DNA of 64,000 nt from Acidobacteriota bacterium (GTDB lineage Bacteria; Acidobacteriota; UBA6911; RPQK01; JAJDTT01): contig CBDCMS010000004.1 of assembly GCA_965219005.1 (NCBI GenBank), forward strand, positions 659,841-723,840, given 5' to 3'. A model generated the notes under the pieces. It worked only from the letters and a program-made list of their open reading frames with translations. It made no database searches and was not told the DNA's origin. A program made the translations under genes and the position numbers. Positions 11,101-20,971 of this stretch are shown here, piece by piece. Each line of letters opens with the position of its first letter. Position 1 is the first letter of the stretch.

Positions 11101-11931
11101 ATGGATACTGACGATCGAGCGGCTTTCTTAAGAGAATACTCTTCGGACGATGCCATTGCCCGCTACGTCACAAAGACCGCAGGCAAAGGCATACAGTACA
11201 ACCTCACACACGCCTACGGGCAGGTCTACGCCGAAATCATAGACCGCATTCTGGCCGGTGGGGTCGAGCGCTCACCCTTTCGTGTGCTGGAATACGGCTG
11301 CGGTGGTGGCATGAACTTGATCTGGATTCTGCGGATGTTGATGAGCAGAAAGCTGGCCTTGATCGAGGCGATCGGATCGGATTTTTCTCAGCCTCTTATT
11401 GCTGCGGCACAGAAGGAAAAGGAGAAATTGCCAAGTCCCTATGACGGGGCGGACTTGAAATTTGTCGTGGCAGCAAACGAAACACTTCTGGAAGATCTTT
11501 CAAGAAGCCTGGTCCGCCCTAGAGAACTCTTGGCGGGAAGCTTCGACTGGGTTATTGGGGTGAACACATTTCGGTACGTGTTGAGGCTCCAAAAGGAGTC
11601 CGAGTGCTCAAGCGACATCGCGACGTTGTTGCGGCCCGGAGGCTACTCGGTCATGATCGATATGAACACCAAGTTTCCGGTCTTTCGGTCGCGGTTTCAG
11701 GATCGGCGCATGAAGACCAAATCTCAATACTGGCTGCCATCACTGGAGGAGTACGCTGCCGCGTTCGAGACGGCTGGCCTGGAGGTTGTCAAAAAGTGGA
11801 ACTTCTGTTGGATTCCACATTCCGCCGGCAACTTGATGTTGGCAGTCATGCGCAGCCTTACCCCTATTCTTGATCGGCTGGCGCCTGGTTTCTCCATGCG
11901 GTCCCTGGTCGTGGCCCAGAAGCCCAGGTAA
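11101..11931 (+). CDS. Class I SAM-dependent methyltransferase
   Basis: VLEYGCGGG motif I, GSDFS, LLRPGG. Confidence 0.85.
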   Translation: MDTDDRAAFLREYSSDDAIARYVTKTAGKGIQYNLTHAYGQVYAEIIDRILAGGVERSPFRVLEYGCGGGMNLIWILRMLMSRKLALIEAIGSDFSQPLIAAAQKEKEKLPSPYDGADLKFVVAANETLLEDLSRSLVRPRELLAGSFDWVIGVNTFRYVLRLQKESECSSDIATLLRPGGYSVMIDMNTKFPVFRSRFQDRRMKTKSQYWLPSLEEYAAAFETAGLEVVKKWNFCWIPHSAGNLMLAVMRSLTPILDRLAPGFSMRSLVVAQKPR

Positions 11932-11933
11932 GC

Positions 11934-13796
11934 TTGAGGGAAGGCTCCCGACTGCCGCCACGAACCATACGGGATCAACTAAAACGCGAAGTGATTGTCC
12001 TCAAGCATCCGGATACCGCATCGTCTGAAGCCGCCGTCAAGGTCATCCTCGAGAATCTCGGCGTGGCGGCATGGCAGGAATGTGATATTGAGGAATTCCG
12101 GGAACTGACTACGGATGCGACCGACGGGCGCTTTCCGGAAGAACGACCTGGTAGTGTGCTGATCGCTCCTTTCGCCTGTCTTCCATGGATCTCCTTTTCG
12201 CATTCAACCTCAAACACACGCACCGTGAGCGTGCCACCGTCTGTGAAGAGCGTCTTTTTTCATAGCTTCGGTCTGGATCAATGTCCTGGGAATCTCGTTG
12301 GTGAGCTGATCGGGGACCCGAAGGCGCGATTCCTGTGGATGAACGCACAACCACGTGACTGCATCTTTGCCAGCGATTCAAGTGAATTCTGCGGACCGTT
12401 GTCCGGCCTGACAGTTCGTTCGAAAGAGAACACGGGGTATTGGGGACTGCAATCCCCCTCTCTGCCGCCAAGCTGCCAGGCATTGATTGTCTCAGAAGAG
12501 AAGGCGCTCCTGCTTCGACTGCAGCAGCGGGGACGCGAGATCTTTCTGCTCTTTGCACCCAAGCTGGCGGACCTCGATCGCAGGGTGACCAGGAACCTCG
12601 ACATCCGGGAATGCTGCTTGAGCCTGGCGGCGCCGGTGATGGTGTTGAAACGCCTATCCCATGGTCTGGGCTGGAAGCTGAACCATAGCTTCGCAAACGT
12701 AATCATCGACGACCCGCCCCTGACTTTGAAATACGGGTTTATTGACTTCAAGCGCCTTGATCGGAAAGTAGCAGCGAGGCGTCTCGCCATGACATTGGCA
12801 TTCATTCCTTGGAATCATCGGCGCGGCGGCCGCAAGGCCATTCGATTCTTTCTATCCGCCGCCGACCGAATCTCGATTTGTATTCATGGATGCAATCACA
12901 CAAGGGCTGAATTCGGTGGTGCGGACCCGGCTCGTCTGAACTCTCTGGCGTTTCTCTCGAGCCGGAGAATGGATCTACTGACGAAAAGGACTGGTGTACG
13001 CCACTCCAAGATCATGGTCTTTCCCCAAGGCCTCCTTTCGTCCAAGGCGCTTGAAGCGCTCAAGCGGAATAACTACATCGCGGCTGTCAACACGGAGCTG
13101 AGAGATGTCACAGAAGAGAAAGAAGTGCGAGTTCGCGACTTGCTCCAGACAGCCATCACGACCTATCACGGTTTCCCTCTTTTTCTCCGAAGAAAAATAT
13201 CCGAAGGAATCGAGAACCTTGCCCTTGATTTGTTGCTCGGAAAGCCCTGCTTGGTTGTGAGTCATCATGATGATTTCTTCGCGGACGAGGCGCCGCTATG
13301 GAATCTTGTGGATGCGATCGATGGCCTAGCACAACGGGTTGTTTGGCGCCCACTGGAGGACATTGTGACTCGATCGGTAGGGTATCGACTAGCGGCGAAT
13401 GGATTACAGGAAGTAAAGGTCTTCGCAAGCGTTTCGAATCTTTCTCTAGGACCGCAGAGGTGTCCCTCCGCGCGCCCGTTGTTGATTGAAAAACGGGAAC
13501 ACCACCCGGAGCAAGTCGAAAAAGTCCTTGTCGGCGGAAGGCCGGCAAAATGGACAGCTCGCGGCGAAGAAATCACCGTCAGTGTGGAGAAAACCGAAGA
13601 CGATTTCAGGATCGAGTTTATCTACGCTCGCGACGAAGTCCCGGACAGCATCGGCTTCTCTGTGATGGAACGCTTAAGAATACGGCTTCGAAGGGTGTTG
13701 TGTGAGTTTCGGGATAATCGAATCGCCACCTCGCCAACGTTGAAGAAGTTGGTGCGTTTCTTATTGAAATCTGGTTATGCACTTAACTCCGGATAG
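11934..13796 (+). CDS. Hypothetical protein with polysaccharide-deacetylase-like domain; last 8 aa supplied by IS1595
   Basis: IIDDP, IHGCNHT, VFPQG, VSHHD metal-binding-like motifs. Confidence 0.6.
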   Translation: MREGSRLPPRTIRDQLKREVIVLKHPDTASSEAAVKVILENLGVAAWQECDIEEFRELTTDATDGRFPEERPGSVLIAPFACLPWISFSHSTSNTRTVSVPPSVKSVFFHSFGLDQCPGNLVGELIGDPKARFLWMNAQPRDCIFASDSSEFCGPLSGLTVRSKENTGYWGLQSPSLPPSCQALIVSEEKALLLRLQQRGREIFLLFAPKLADLDRRVTRNLDIRECCLSLAAPVMVLKRLSHGLGWKLNHSFANVIIDDPPLTLKYGFIDFKRLDRKVAARRLAMTLAFIPWNHRRGGRKAIRFFLSAADRISICIHGCNHTRAEFGGADPARLNSLAFLSSRRMDLLTKRTGVRHSKIMVFPQGLLSSKALEALKRNNYIAAVNTELRDVTEEKEVRVRDLLQTAITTYHGFPLFLRRKISEGIENLALDLLLGKPCLVVSHHDDFFADEAPLWNLVDAIDGLAQRVVWRPLEDIVTRSVGYRLAANGLQEVKVFASVSNLSLGPQRCPSARPLLIEKREHHPEQVEKVLVGGRPAKWTARGEEITVSVEKTEDDFRIEFIYARDEVPDSIGFSVMERLRIRLRRVLCEFRDNRIATSPTLKKLVRFLLKSGYALNSG

Positions 13797-14771
13797 GTGA
13801 CGGTGGGATAGAGCGAACAGGCTGTCAGGAGACGGTCGAAGAGCTCGGATTCCCAGAAACGACGATTGAAACGGTAACAAAACTCAGCCAGGTAACGTTG
13901 AAGGTGCTTGAGGCTGACCGCTTTCTGAGTCCCTTGGAGCTGAGTCTTGCAGTTGGAAATGAGGGTGTGAACCCATGGGAACTGTTCAAAACCCATCCCC
14001 ACCCACTCGAGCCGGACGCGTTCATGCTGGTAGCCGGCTTGAGCTAAACCGACAAACGCGTGATAGGCGTCGCTTCGGATCTGAGCTCCGGGGTCGATCC
14101 TCGCCCAGGCGACCCGCTTCACATTGTCGCTGGTTATGTTATCGACCACATCCAGACTTAGAAACCTCGGCCCCCCGGCTTTCGTTATCTCCACCGCGGC
14201 CAGAACTTTGGCCTTGCCTTCGGTCCCTCGTCCTCGCTTGCGACCCCGACGATTTCTCCCTCGTCGTCGGCCTCCAAAGAAAGAGTCATCCAGCTCCACC
14301 AGGTGACTTAATTGGTAGCAGTCATTACGTTTGGCCATGGCTTGTCGGATCTTATGTCCCATCATCCAGACCGTCCGATAGCTTCCGATTCCCAGCAGCT
14401 TCTGCAGTCCCTTCATCGAGTAGCCCGCTTTGCAACGGCTCATCAAGAAGATGGTCCAAAACCAATATCTCAGGGGCACCCGCGTCTTGTGGAAAATCGT
14501 CCCGGCGGTGGAAGAAGCCTGATACCGGCATTGGCGACACTCCATCAATCGCCGGTGCTGCAACCAGTAGCCTCCTTGACCCCCACAACGGGGACAGACA
14601 AATCCTTCCGGCCAGCGTTTCTGCATCAGGTAACTCAGACAAGCTTCTTCTGTGGCAAAACGCTCTTGAAACTCCAACAAATTCATCTTTTCGTACATCC
14701 ACTCACCTCCTGTCTCTCACCTTTTTTACTAGGTGGTGGTGACTTTTTCCGGAGTTAAGTGCATAACCAGA
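13771..14771 (-). mobile_element. IS1595-family element (transposase 13775-14698)
   Basis: Zn-ribbon CPRC/CRQC, VELDD, SDAY, YLAEFCYRFNRR; IRs ctggttatgcacttaactccgga / tccggagttaagtgcataaccag; 8-9 bp TSD (t)attgaaat. Confidence 0.93.
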
Positions 14772-14881
14772 TATTGAAATGATGAGAAAGTGTGGTCTAA
14801 CTCAAGATGGTAGACCACTGGGTTGACCACTCAGGCAGTAGTGGAGTGTGATTCGGGATTTGTCTGTGCCTCGGGATCCAA

Positions 14882-15274
14882 TTATCCATCGCCTCGGACG
14901 CCCAAGATTCCGGTGCCGCTGGCGGCGATATACAGGAACAGAAAGCAGTACTGGACCGCCAACTCGCCGCCGTTTTGAATCGGCCAGAAGCCCTTGGGGG
15001 CGTGTGCCATGAAATAGGCGACGGCCATCTGGCCGCTCGAGATGAAGGCCGCACACCTGGTCAGCAGTCCGATGGCGATCAGGATACCCCCGACCAATTC
15101 GATGACTCCGGCCAGTCCGTACGGCGAGAGCAGCGGAGCTGCCTGACCTGAGCTTCCGCCTCCTCCCAGGACGCCGAGGACTTTTTGGGCACCGTGGCGA
15201 GCAAAGAGAAGTCCGGAGACGATTCTCAAGATTGCGTAGATCCGATTCGTATGATTTTCTAGGAAGCTTGGCAT
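14882..15274 (-). CDS. DoxX family membrane protein
   Basis: LRIVSGLLF..HGAQK, AGVIELVGG, GQMAVAYF, NGGELAV. Confidence 0.88.
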   Translation of the reverse strand: MPSFLENHTNRIYAILRIVSGLLFARHGAQKVLGVLGGGGSSGQAAPLLSPYGLAGVIELVGGILIAIGLLTRCAAFISSGQMAVAYFMAHAPKGFWPIQNGGELAVQYCFLFLYIAASGTGILGVRGDG

Positions 15275-15321
15275 GTACCTCCTCCTTCAGATTTGGATCC
15301 CAATGCTGCCGAACACGTCGT

Positions 15322-15351
15322 TAAGTGAGGATCGGGTAAGTGAGGATCGGG
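15322..15351 (+). repeat. 15-bp tandem duplication TAAGTGAGGATCGGG x2
   Basis: Read directly, upstream of the DoxX gene. Confidence 0.7.
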
Positions 15352-15494
15352 CTCAGCACTGACCTCACGTGATGCCCTTTCTTGCGAGATCTCCTACCAT
15401 CGAGGTGGTCTTCTGGATCTCGTTCATGGGGCGTTGAATTCGTCTTCCATCGACGCAGCGTGTCCCCAAGTGCGGGAGCCGACAGCAGTCGTGC

Positions 15495-15743
15495 CTACAC
15501 CGGACCCTCAGCTTCCGCCACCACCCGAGTGGACGCTGCCACCGCTGGAGGGGGAGGATCTAACAGGATTTTCCGGGCAAAGTCGGCACCGACGCTCTGA
15601 AAGAGGAGGATATCGAGCAGGTCGTCAGCCAAGCCGCGTTCTCTGCCCTGACCGGTGAGATAGAAATTCCATCCAGTGTGGGCTAAATGCGGATTGACCG
15701 AGGCCAGTTTGCGGAGCTTTTCTTCAGTCGTCCGATGATCCAT
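15495..15743 (-). pseudogene. Gene fragment downstream of the resolvase remnant
   Basis: Short ORF overlapping the truncated resolvase; family not recognised. Confidence 0.3.
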
Positions 15744-16017
15744 TCCTGAGGGCGTCGACGAGCTGCTTGGTGGAGCGGGCGAAGCGATCGAATGTCCAGA
15801 CCAGGACTACATCCACTTTGCGGTCTCGGACATGTTTCCAGAGCTGAGTGAGCTCGGGGCGTGGGTCTTGGGCCCCGCTGGCGTGATCCACAAACTCATA
15901 GGCAAGGTTGAGCCCTCGCCGCTTGGCATAGGCGCGAAGCTCCCGGAGTTGCATCTGGGAGTTTTGGTCTAGGGTGGAAACCCTGGCGTAGATGGCGACG
16001 TGTTCGTTCTTTGGCAT
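15724..16017 (-). pseudogene. Serine resolvase/invertase, C-terminally truncated
   Basis: YARVST (catalytic Ser), DHASG...RPEL, DRFARS; only 97 aa. Confidence 0.85.
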
Positions 16018-16039
16018 GGGGGAGATTTTAAGGAAGGGG

Positions 16040-16071
16040 GGTGTCTATCAAAGTATAGTCTGGTAGACACC
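16040..16071. promoter_or_regulatory. res site I-like inverted repeat upstream of the resolvase
   Basis: GGTGTCTATCA-aagtatagtc-TGGTAGACACC. Confidence 0.6.
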
Positions 16072-16223
16072 TTAAGCGTGGAAAAATACCCCTGAAAAAT
16101 CAAGGGTTTAGCGGGACGGTTTCAGGAGGGTTTGTTAGCCACCCTGTTTCTTGGGCGGGGGAGTAGCAGGTAGATCGCGCCGAAGAAGAGCAGAAGAGGG
16201 GGTATCAAGGACCGCTAGATCGC

Positions 16224-16647
16224 TCAGGCGGTCCTCTCTTTTCTCAAGTAGTAGATTCCGGCACCGAGTAGAGCAGCCGCAAGAAGGATGATTCCCCATT
16301 CGGAAAGGGTTGGAATAGGATCAGGCTCACCCCCCGTACAGACAAACGTGATCGTCTGGACGAAATCTGCTGTGCCGTCATTGCCACTATCGGTTTCCGA
16401 TTTAAGCAGATTCCCGTTGGCGTCGTAGGTGAAGGTGCTGGTCGAGTCAATCGTGCCGTCATTGTCAAAATCGAATGCCCTTTTAAGCAGATTCCCGTTG
16501 GCGTCGGAGGTGAAGGTGTCGGTCTGGTCAATCGTGCCGTCCCCGTCAGAATCGGTCGAGACTCCAGTAAGTCCACAATCAACGACATCTGCTCTAGCGG
16601 ACAAACCCAACAGAAGGATCATTAAAGTCAGCGGGGAATGCTCTCAT
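16224..16647 (-). CDS. IPTL-CTERM sorting-domain protein with 23-aa Asp-rich repeats; probable frameshift in the signal peptide
   Basis: C-terminal IPTLSEWG+TM+basic tail; DxDxDGTID..TFT.DANGNLLK repeats; RBS-linked ATG at 16647 is one base out of frame with the 16622 ORF. Confidence 0.75.
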
Positions 16648-16814
16648 TTTTTTCTCCTCACTTGAGACGTAAGTCTCTAGAAAAAGAGGAACTCCTGTCA
16701 AGAGATATGCTTCCCCGTCCCTACCCCCTCGCTCTAGACAACGAGGGGCTGCAACCGGAAGGGCATGTCGCTTTCAGCTAGAAAGGGCGACACCCTCTTT
16801 TTTTCGGCATCACC

Positions 16815-17384
16815 TCACCAGCAACTGATGTAGACCCACTTCCTTGCGTAGAAGTACAAGTTTGAAGCAGACACGTTTGATGGAGATTCCTCAGTCTTAG
16901 GTTCTTGGGCGCTATTCCGGACAAGCCTGAACCGCTCTTCGATTGTTTTCTCTGAAATGGCTCCCTCGAAAGGATCGTCGAATCGGTCGCCCCGAGAGAA
17001 CCAGACACCTTGGTGTTCGAGTAAGGCAACGAGCTGTTCGAAGGGCATATATTTCCAGATCTTGGTATCGGTTGGTGGCGTAAGGACTTCTTTGCTGCCC
17101 GATGCTTGAGCTGTTTCCTTGCCTGAAATGAATCGCGAAGCAATTACGTTGCCTTTTTCGTCCAGAATCAGGTAGTCACTCTCTGTCGGCGGAACTCTGT
17201 GGAGGTATTCGCTGAATGCTTTCAGTTCTGAGTGCTGCGGATCGGCCAATTGCGCCGAGTGAACTAGGAGAACTCTAAAGCAGGGAATGACGGTGGCTGA
17301 CTCCCAAGTAAAGGGCGTCGTGTAGTCCGCGCGTCCATCTCCGAGTGTCGCTGTTTTAAGCTCAGGCCTCTTGCTTAACTGCAT
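16815..17384 (-). pseudogene. DUF2971-like protein fragment
   Basis: KIWKYMPFE...FSRGDRFDDPFEG...YISCW then stop. Confidence 0.55.
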
Positions 17385-17633
17385 GTCTTTTCGGGCAAGC
17401 TGGCTCAGCCTATATTACTGGGTCGGCGAGTAGAAGGAGTTTGGCTAGTCCTTGGGGAATCGACCGATGCGAAACTCGTCTTGAAAGGTTCTTGGTATCG
17501 CACAGAGTGAGGAGCCAATCTTTTCAATAACTTAGATCTATTCTTAATTTCTTGAGTATCCGGAAGGGATTGCAGGTGACTAGCCTACTTGTTGCTAAGA
17601 TGACCTAGGAGGCGGACGTGATAAGCTACTAGG

Positions 17634-17867
17634 ATGAGCCCTACGGTCTTCCGAGCGGCTGGCCTGCGGTTCTTTTTCTTCTCGCGAGAAGAGCCACGGA
17701 TCCACATCCATGCGATTGGACCGAAGGGGGAGGCAAAGTTCTGGATTCAGCCACAGATCCAGCGGAACTATGGCTTAAGCGATGCAACTGTCAGGAAGGC
17801 TATGAGGCTAATCGAGGAGCGTGAGGATGAGATCAGGACAGCGTGGAACAGTCACTTCGGAGGTTGA
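17634..17867 (+). CDS. DUF4160 family protein (putative toxin of a TA pair)
   Basis: MSPTVFR..GLRFFFFSREEPR.HIH....GEAKFW. Confidence 0.85.
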   Translation: MSPTVFRAAGLRFFFFSREEPRIHIHAIGPKGEAKFWIQPQIQRNYGLSDATVRKAMRLIEEREDEIRTAWNSHFGG

Positions 17868-18117
17868 AGTGACGAACGTTTCGAAACACGGCTTTTGGTT
17901 GTTCTTGCACGAACAAGAATTCTTTCTCTCCTTCGAGGAGTTTCCCTGGTTTCAAGATGCGACCATTTCGGAACTTACCAACGTTCAGCTCCCCCAACCC
18001 CATCACCTTTATTGGCCGGAAATGGATGTCGACTTGACGGTGGAGTCGATCGAACATCCCGATCGCTATCCTCTAGTCAGCAAGGTAACTCCTCGAGGAC
18101 GGGTACAGCACTCGTAA
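17821..18117 (+). CDS. DUF2442 family protein (putative antitoxin)
   Basis: EVTNVSKHGFWL...FEEFPWF...HLYWPEMDVDL; overlaps the DUF4160 gene. Confidence 0.85.
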   Translation: MRMRSGQRGTVTSEVEVTNVSKHGFWLFLHEQEFFLSFEEFPWFQDATISELTNVQLPQPHHLYWPEMDVDLTVESIEHPDRYPLVSKVTPRGRVQHS

Positions 18118-18293
18118 GCACTCCCGTAGCCACACCAGTAACACCCACGTGGCTAGCCCGCAACTGGCTGGATTTTCGAACAGCCAGCTAACTGAACAAT
18201 TTCTGAACAATTATCGGCCGAATACCAGGTAAAACCATGATCTGACCCCAGCTAGAAGCAAGAAGAGACAACAAGATAGCCGGTTTGAATCAA

Positions 18294-18340
<47 letters not shown>

Positions 18341-18575
18341 TCTTTTTAATAGTTTACAGCAATCCTGAGTCACAATTCCCCTTGTCTACCGTGACAACCT
18401 GGACCTGCCATTTCGGATCGCTTCTAGCCAGGAGACGTGTCGTAGCTGCTGACCTTGCAAGTTGGGATCGCGATGCGCTGGAATGGGAGAACGGCTATCG
18501 GCCGTTCCGCAGAGTAGAGTAGCACGATGTCAGTCGAGCTTTGGCACCATACGGGAGCGGACAGACTCAAAGACC

Positions 18576-19490
18576 TCAGTCCCTCTGTTCTATTGCTTCC
18601 GCCAGATCACGAAACACCTCTGGTCTCAGATCCGGCAAATAGACCGCACGCCCTTCCTTCACCAGTTGCTTGCGGAGTCTGACCAGGATGATCTCGTCTT
18701 TGCCGGCGCCGTACGCGATCTGCTCTCCGCGAGGATCGACGGCGACACTGCCACCGCCGGCGTCGGTCGAAACCGGCAGCAGCACATACAGCCCGTTGTC
18801 TAGCGCCCGAGCCGGACAGACCTTCATGAACCCGTCCAAATTGAACTTGGGCTTCCACCACTTGGGATGAACTTGCTTGGCAGGGATCCCCGTACCTCCG
18901 GTCGGCACCAGATAGACTTCGGCTCCCTTCAGGGCATACATCCTGGCGACCTCGGGAAAGTTGATGTCGTAGCAGACGCCAACGCCAAAACGCCAGTTGA
19001 ACATCTCGGAAATTGGTGTCGCCCGCCCGTGGACCGTGACCTCCCGCTCGTCGGGAGCCAGAAAGAGTTTGCGGAATTTCCCCTGGTAGCCAGCCGGCGT
19101 CACCACGAACGCCGTGTTGTACAGCTTGCGGTCCTCACCCGCCTCGACGGTGCACATCACGATGCCCAGATCCAGCTTGGCCGCGAGCCGCGCCAGCCTC
19201 TCCGTCTCCGGTCCAGGCACGGTCACAGCTCGCTCGAACAGATCGGTGCCCGCGGGAAGGTAGTGCAGCGAACCGGTCAGTGCCCCTTCGGGAAAGACAA
19301 CGACTCGGGCGCCCTTCTCGGCAGCCTCCGCGCAAATCGTCTCCGCCTTGGCCGCGTTGGATGATACGTCGTCCAGCTTGAACGCATACTGGACCATGGC
19401 GACGATCAGCTCTTCATCGGCCGCGGTCTGTGCACCCACAATTGTATGACCCGCGCAGAGCAGCACAACCACGATTCTGTATAACATCAT
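18576..19490 (-). CDS. Carbon-nitrogen hydrolase (nitrilase superfamily), signal peptide
   Basis: E-K-C triad: FPEG, FRKL, VCYD.NFPE. Confidence 0.88.
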   Translation of the reverse strand: MMLYRIVVVLLCAGHTIVGAQTAADEELIVAMVQYAFKLDDVSSNAAKAETICAEAAEKGARVVVFPEGALTGSLHYLPAGTDLFERAVTVPGPETERLARLAAKLDLGIVMCTVEAGEDRKLYNTAFVVTPAGYQGKFRKLFLAPDEREVTVHGRATPISEMFNWRFGVGVCYDINFPEVARMYALKGAEVYLVPTGGTGIPAKQVHPKWWKPKFNLDGFMKVCPARALDNGLYVLLPVSTDAGGGSVAVDPRGEQIAYGAGKDEIILVRLRKQLVKEGRAVYLPDLRPEVFRDLAEAIEQRD

Positions 19491-19874
19491 CTATTCGCCC
19501 TTTCTAAGTTCTTGTCTTGCATCATTTTCACGCCATACAGGTTCCAAGAAGGACGTCTGGACGCTGCCGCGGTCGCTGCTGCCTCGGTAGTACATCCGGA
19601 GACGGTCTTCGTCCTGGAGGATATTGACGTAGGTGCTTGTATTGCCCTCACAGGGCCTGTCGAAGGCGAGGACCTTCCCGGCCGATTGGGGCTCGTGCAG
19701 CTTCAGTCTCACCCCTTCCATGGACTCGATGAGATAGTCATCCACGAACAACTCCAGGCGGGAGCCGATGTCCAGAGGTTCCTCAGATCTCTCCTGGCCC
19801 ACCAAGGCACTTTCCAGCGCCAGGGGAAGAACCAGAAAAGTCACAGATAGAATCGGCAGTCTCATCCTCCTCAT
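19491..19874 (-). pseudogene. N-terminal fragment of a secreted beta-propeller/glycoside-hydrolase-like protein
   Basis: LDIGSRLELFVDD shared with 33765-35234; truncated at 127 aa. Confidence 0.7.
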
Positions 19875-20009
19875 CCATCCTCCTTGAACGGGAATCTACT
19901 GGGACTCAGGCTATATCAGTGAGCGGGGACGATCAATGGAGTCAGGGTCCTGAAAAGACAGTGACTCGTAGATTTCAGATCGAGTGCCTTACTAACCTGA
20001 AACTTCAAA

Positions 20010-20086
20010 CGTGGCTTCGGTCTCCAGGCCGAAGTTCTGGCTTCGAGCTCTTGGCTCGAAACGGCGGCCTGGAGACCGCCGCCACG
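20010..20086. repeat. REP-like inverted doublet
   Basis: cgtggcttcggtctccaggccgaag ... cggcggcctggagaccgccgccacg. Confidence 0.7.
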
Positions 20087-20307
20087 CCGGATCGCCGAAG
20101 TTTCTTTGATTTACGATCCGGCGCAGCCGGGGGCCGGGCTAAGCGGAGGGATATGTCCGACTCTCCCCGCGATTGTCGGAGTCCTGACATCATTCAGCCC
20201 AACGGGCAAGTACGTCTTGAACCGAGTCCGCGATCAGCCTGCGAGCCTCTTCTCTCTCTTGCCCAGGAGTGTGCCAGAACCTGCCCGACTGAACAATCGC
20301 ATGGAGA

Positions 20308-20811
20308 TCACTCTGACATTCGGAACGATCCTTGAACGGAACCGGTATTGGCTGCCTCAGAGGCAGGCGGCTGGCAATCCGACCAAGCGTGGGCCATGCA
20401 CAGCCGGGGCCTCTCGTCGTTGTTGATGACGAACCCCAGGCGGCAGTCCTGCTCCTCAATGAAATCACTGATCGGGCGGAGTTCCCTGGCGCGGGTCGTC
20501 TGAGGGTATTTGACCTCGACGGGGATCAGCGCGAAGGTCCCCTCAAGCACGAGATCTACCTTGGCACCGGCGGCGGTCCTATAGTGATAATGATCGCAGG
20601 CAATTCCGCCCGCAGCCAGCCCTCTGAGGACCTGTTCGACTACCATGCCCTCCCAGGAACGGCCCATTTGAGGATGGCCTCGCAGGACATCCAGTTCATC
20701 GACCCGAAGTACATCCGAGTAATTCACAATTGTGCCTGAAAGACCTGCAAGCATCTGGATGAAGCGGCGGAAGCGATTCCGATGCTCATCGCCGATCCGG
20801 GCTTGATCCAC
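20308..20811 (-). pseudogene. AAA ATPase/DUF4143 remnant
   Basis: HPQMGRSWEGMVVEQ, HYRTAAGAKVDLV, IPVEVK; no P-loop, internal deletion. Confidence 0.7.
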
Positions 20812-20971
20812 TCGTCTGTTCCTGCTATCTTTCGCCCACGGATCCGACTAGACGGATCGAGTTGAGCGTTCTGTATCAACAACCCTTTTTCCAATGCGCT
20901 GGGGGAAGACCGTGCGACTCTGACGGCGGCTTCTCGATCGCCCCCGTGCGGAACTCAACCGAGGTGATCCA

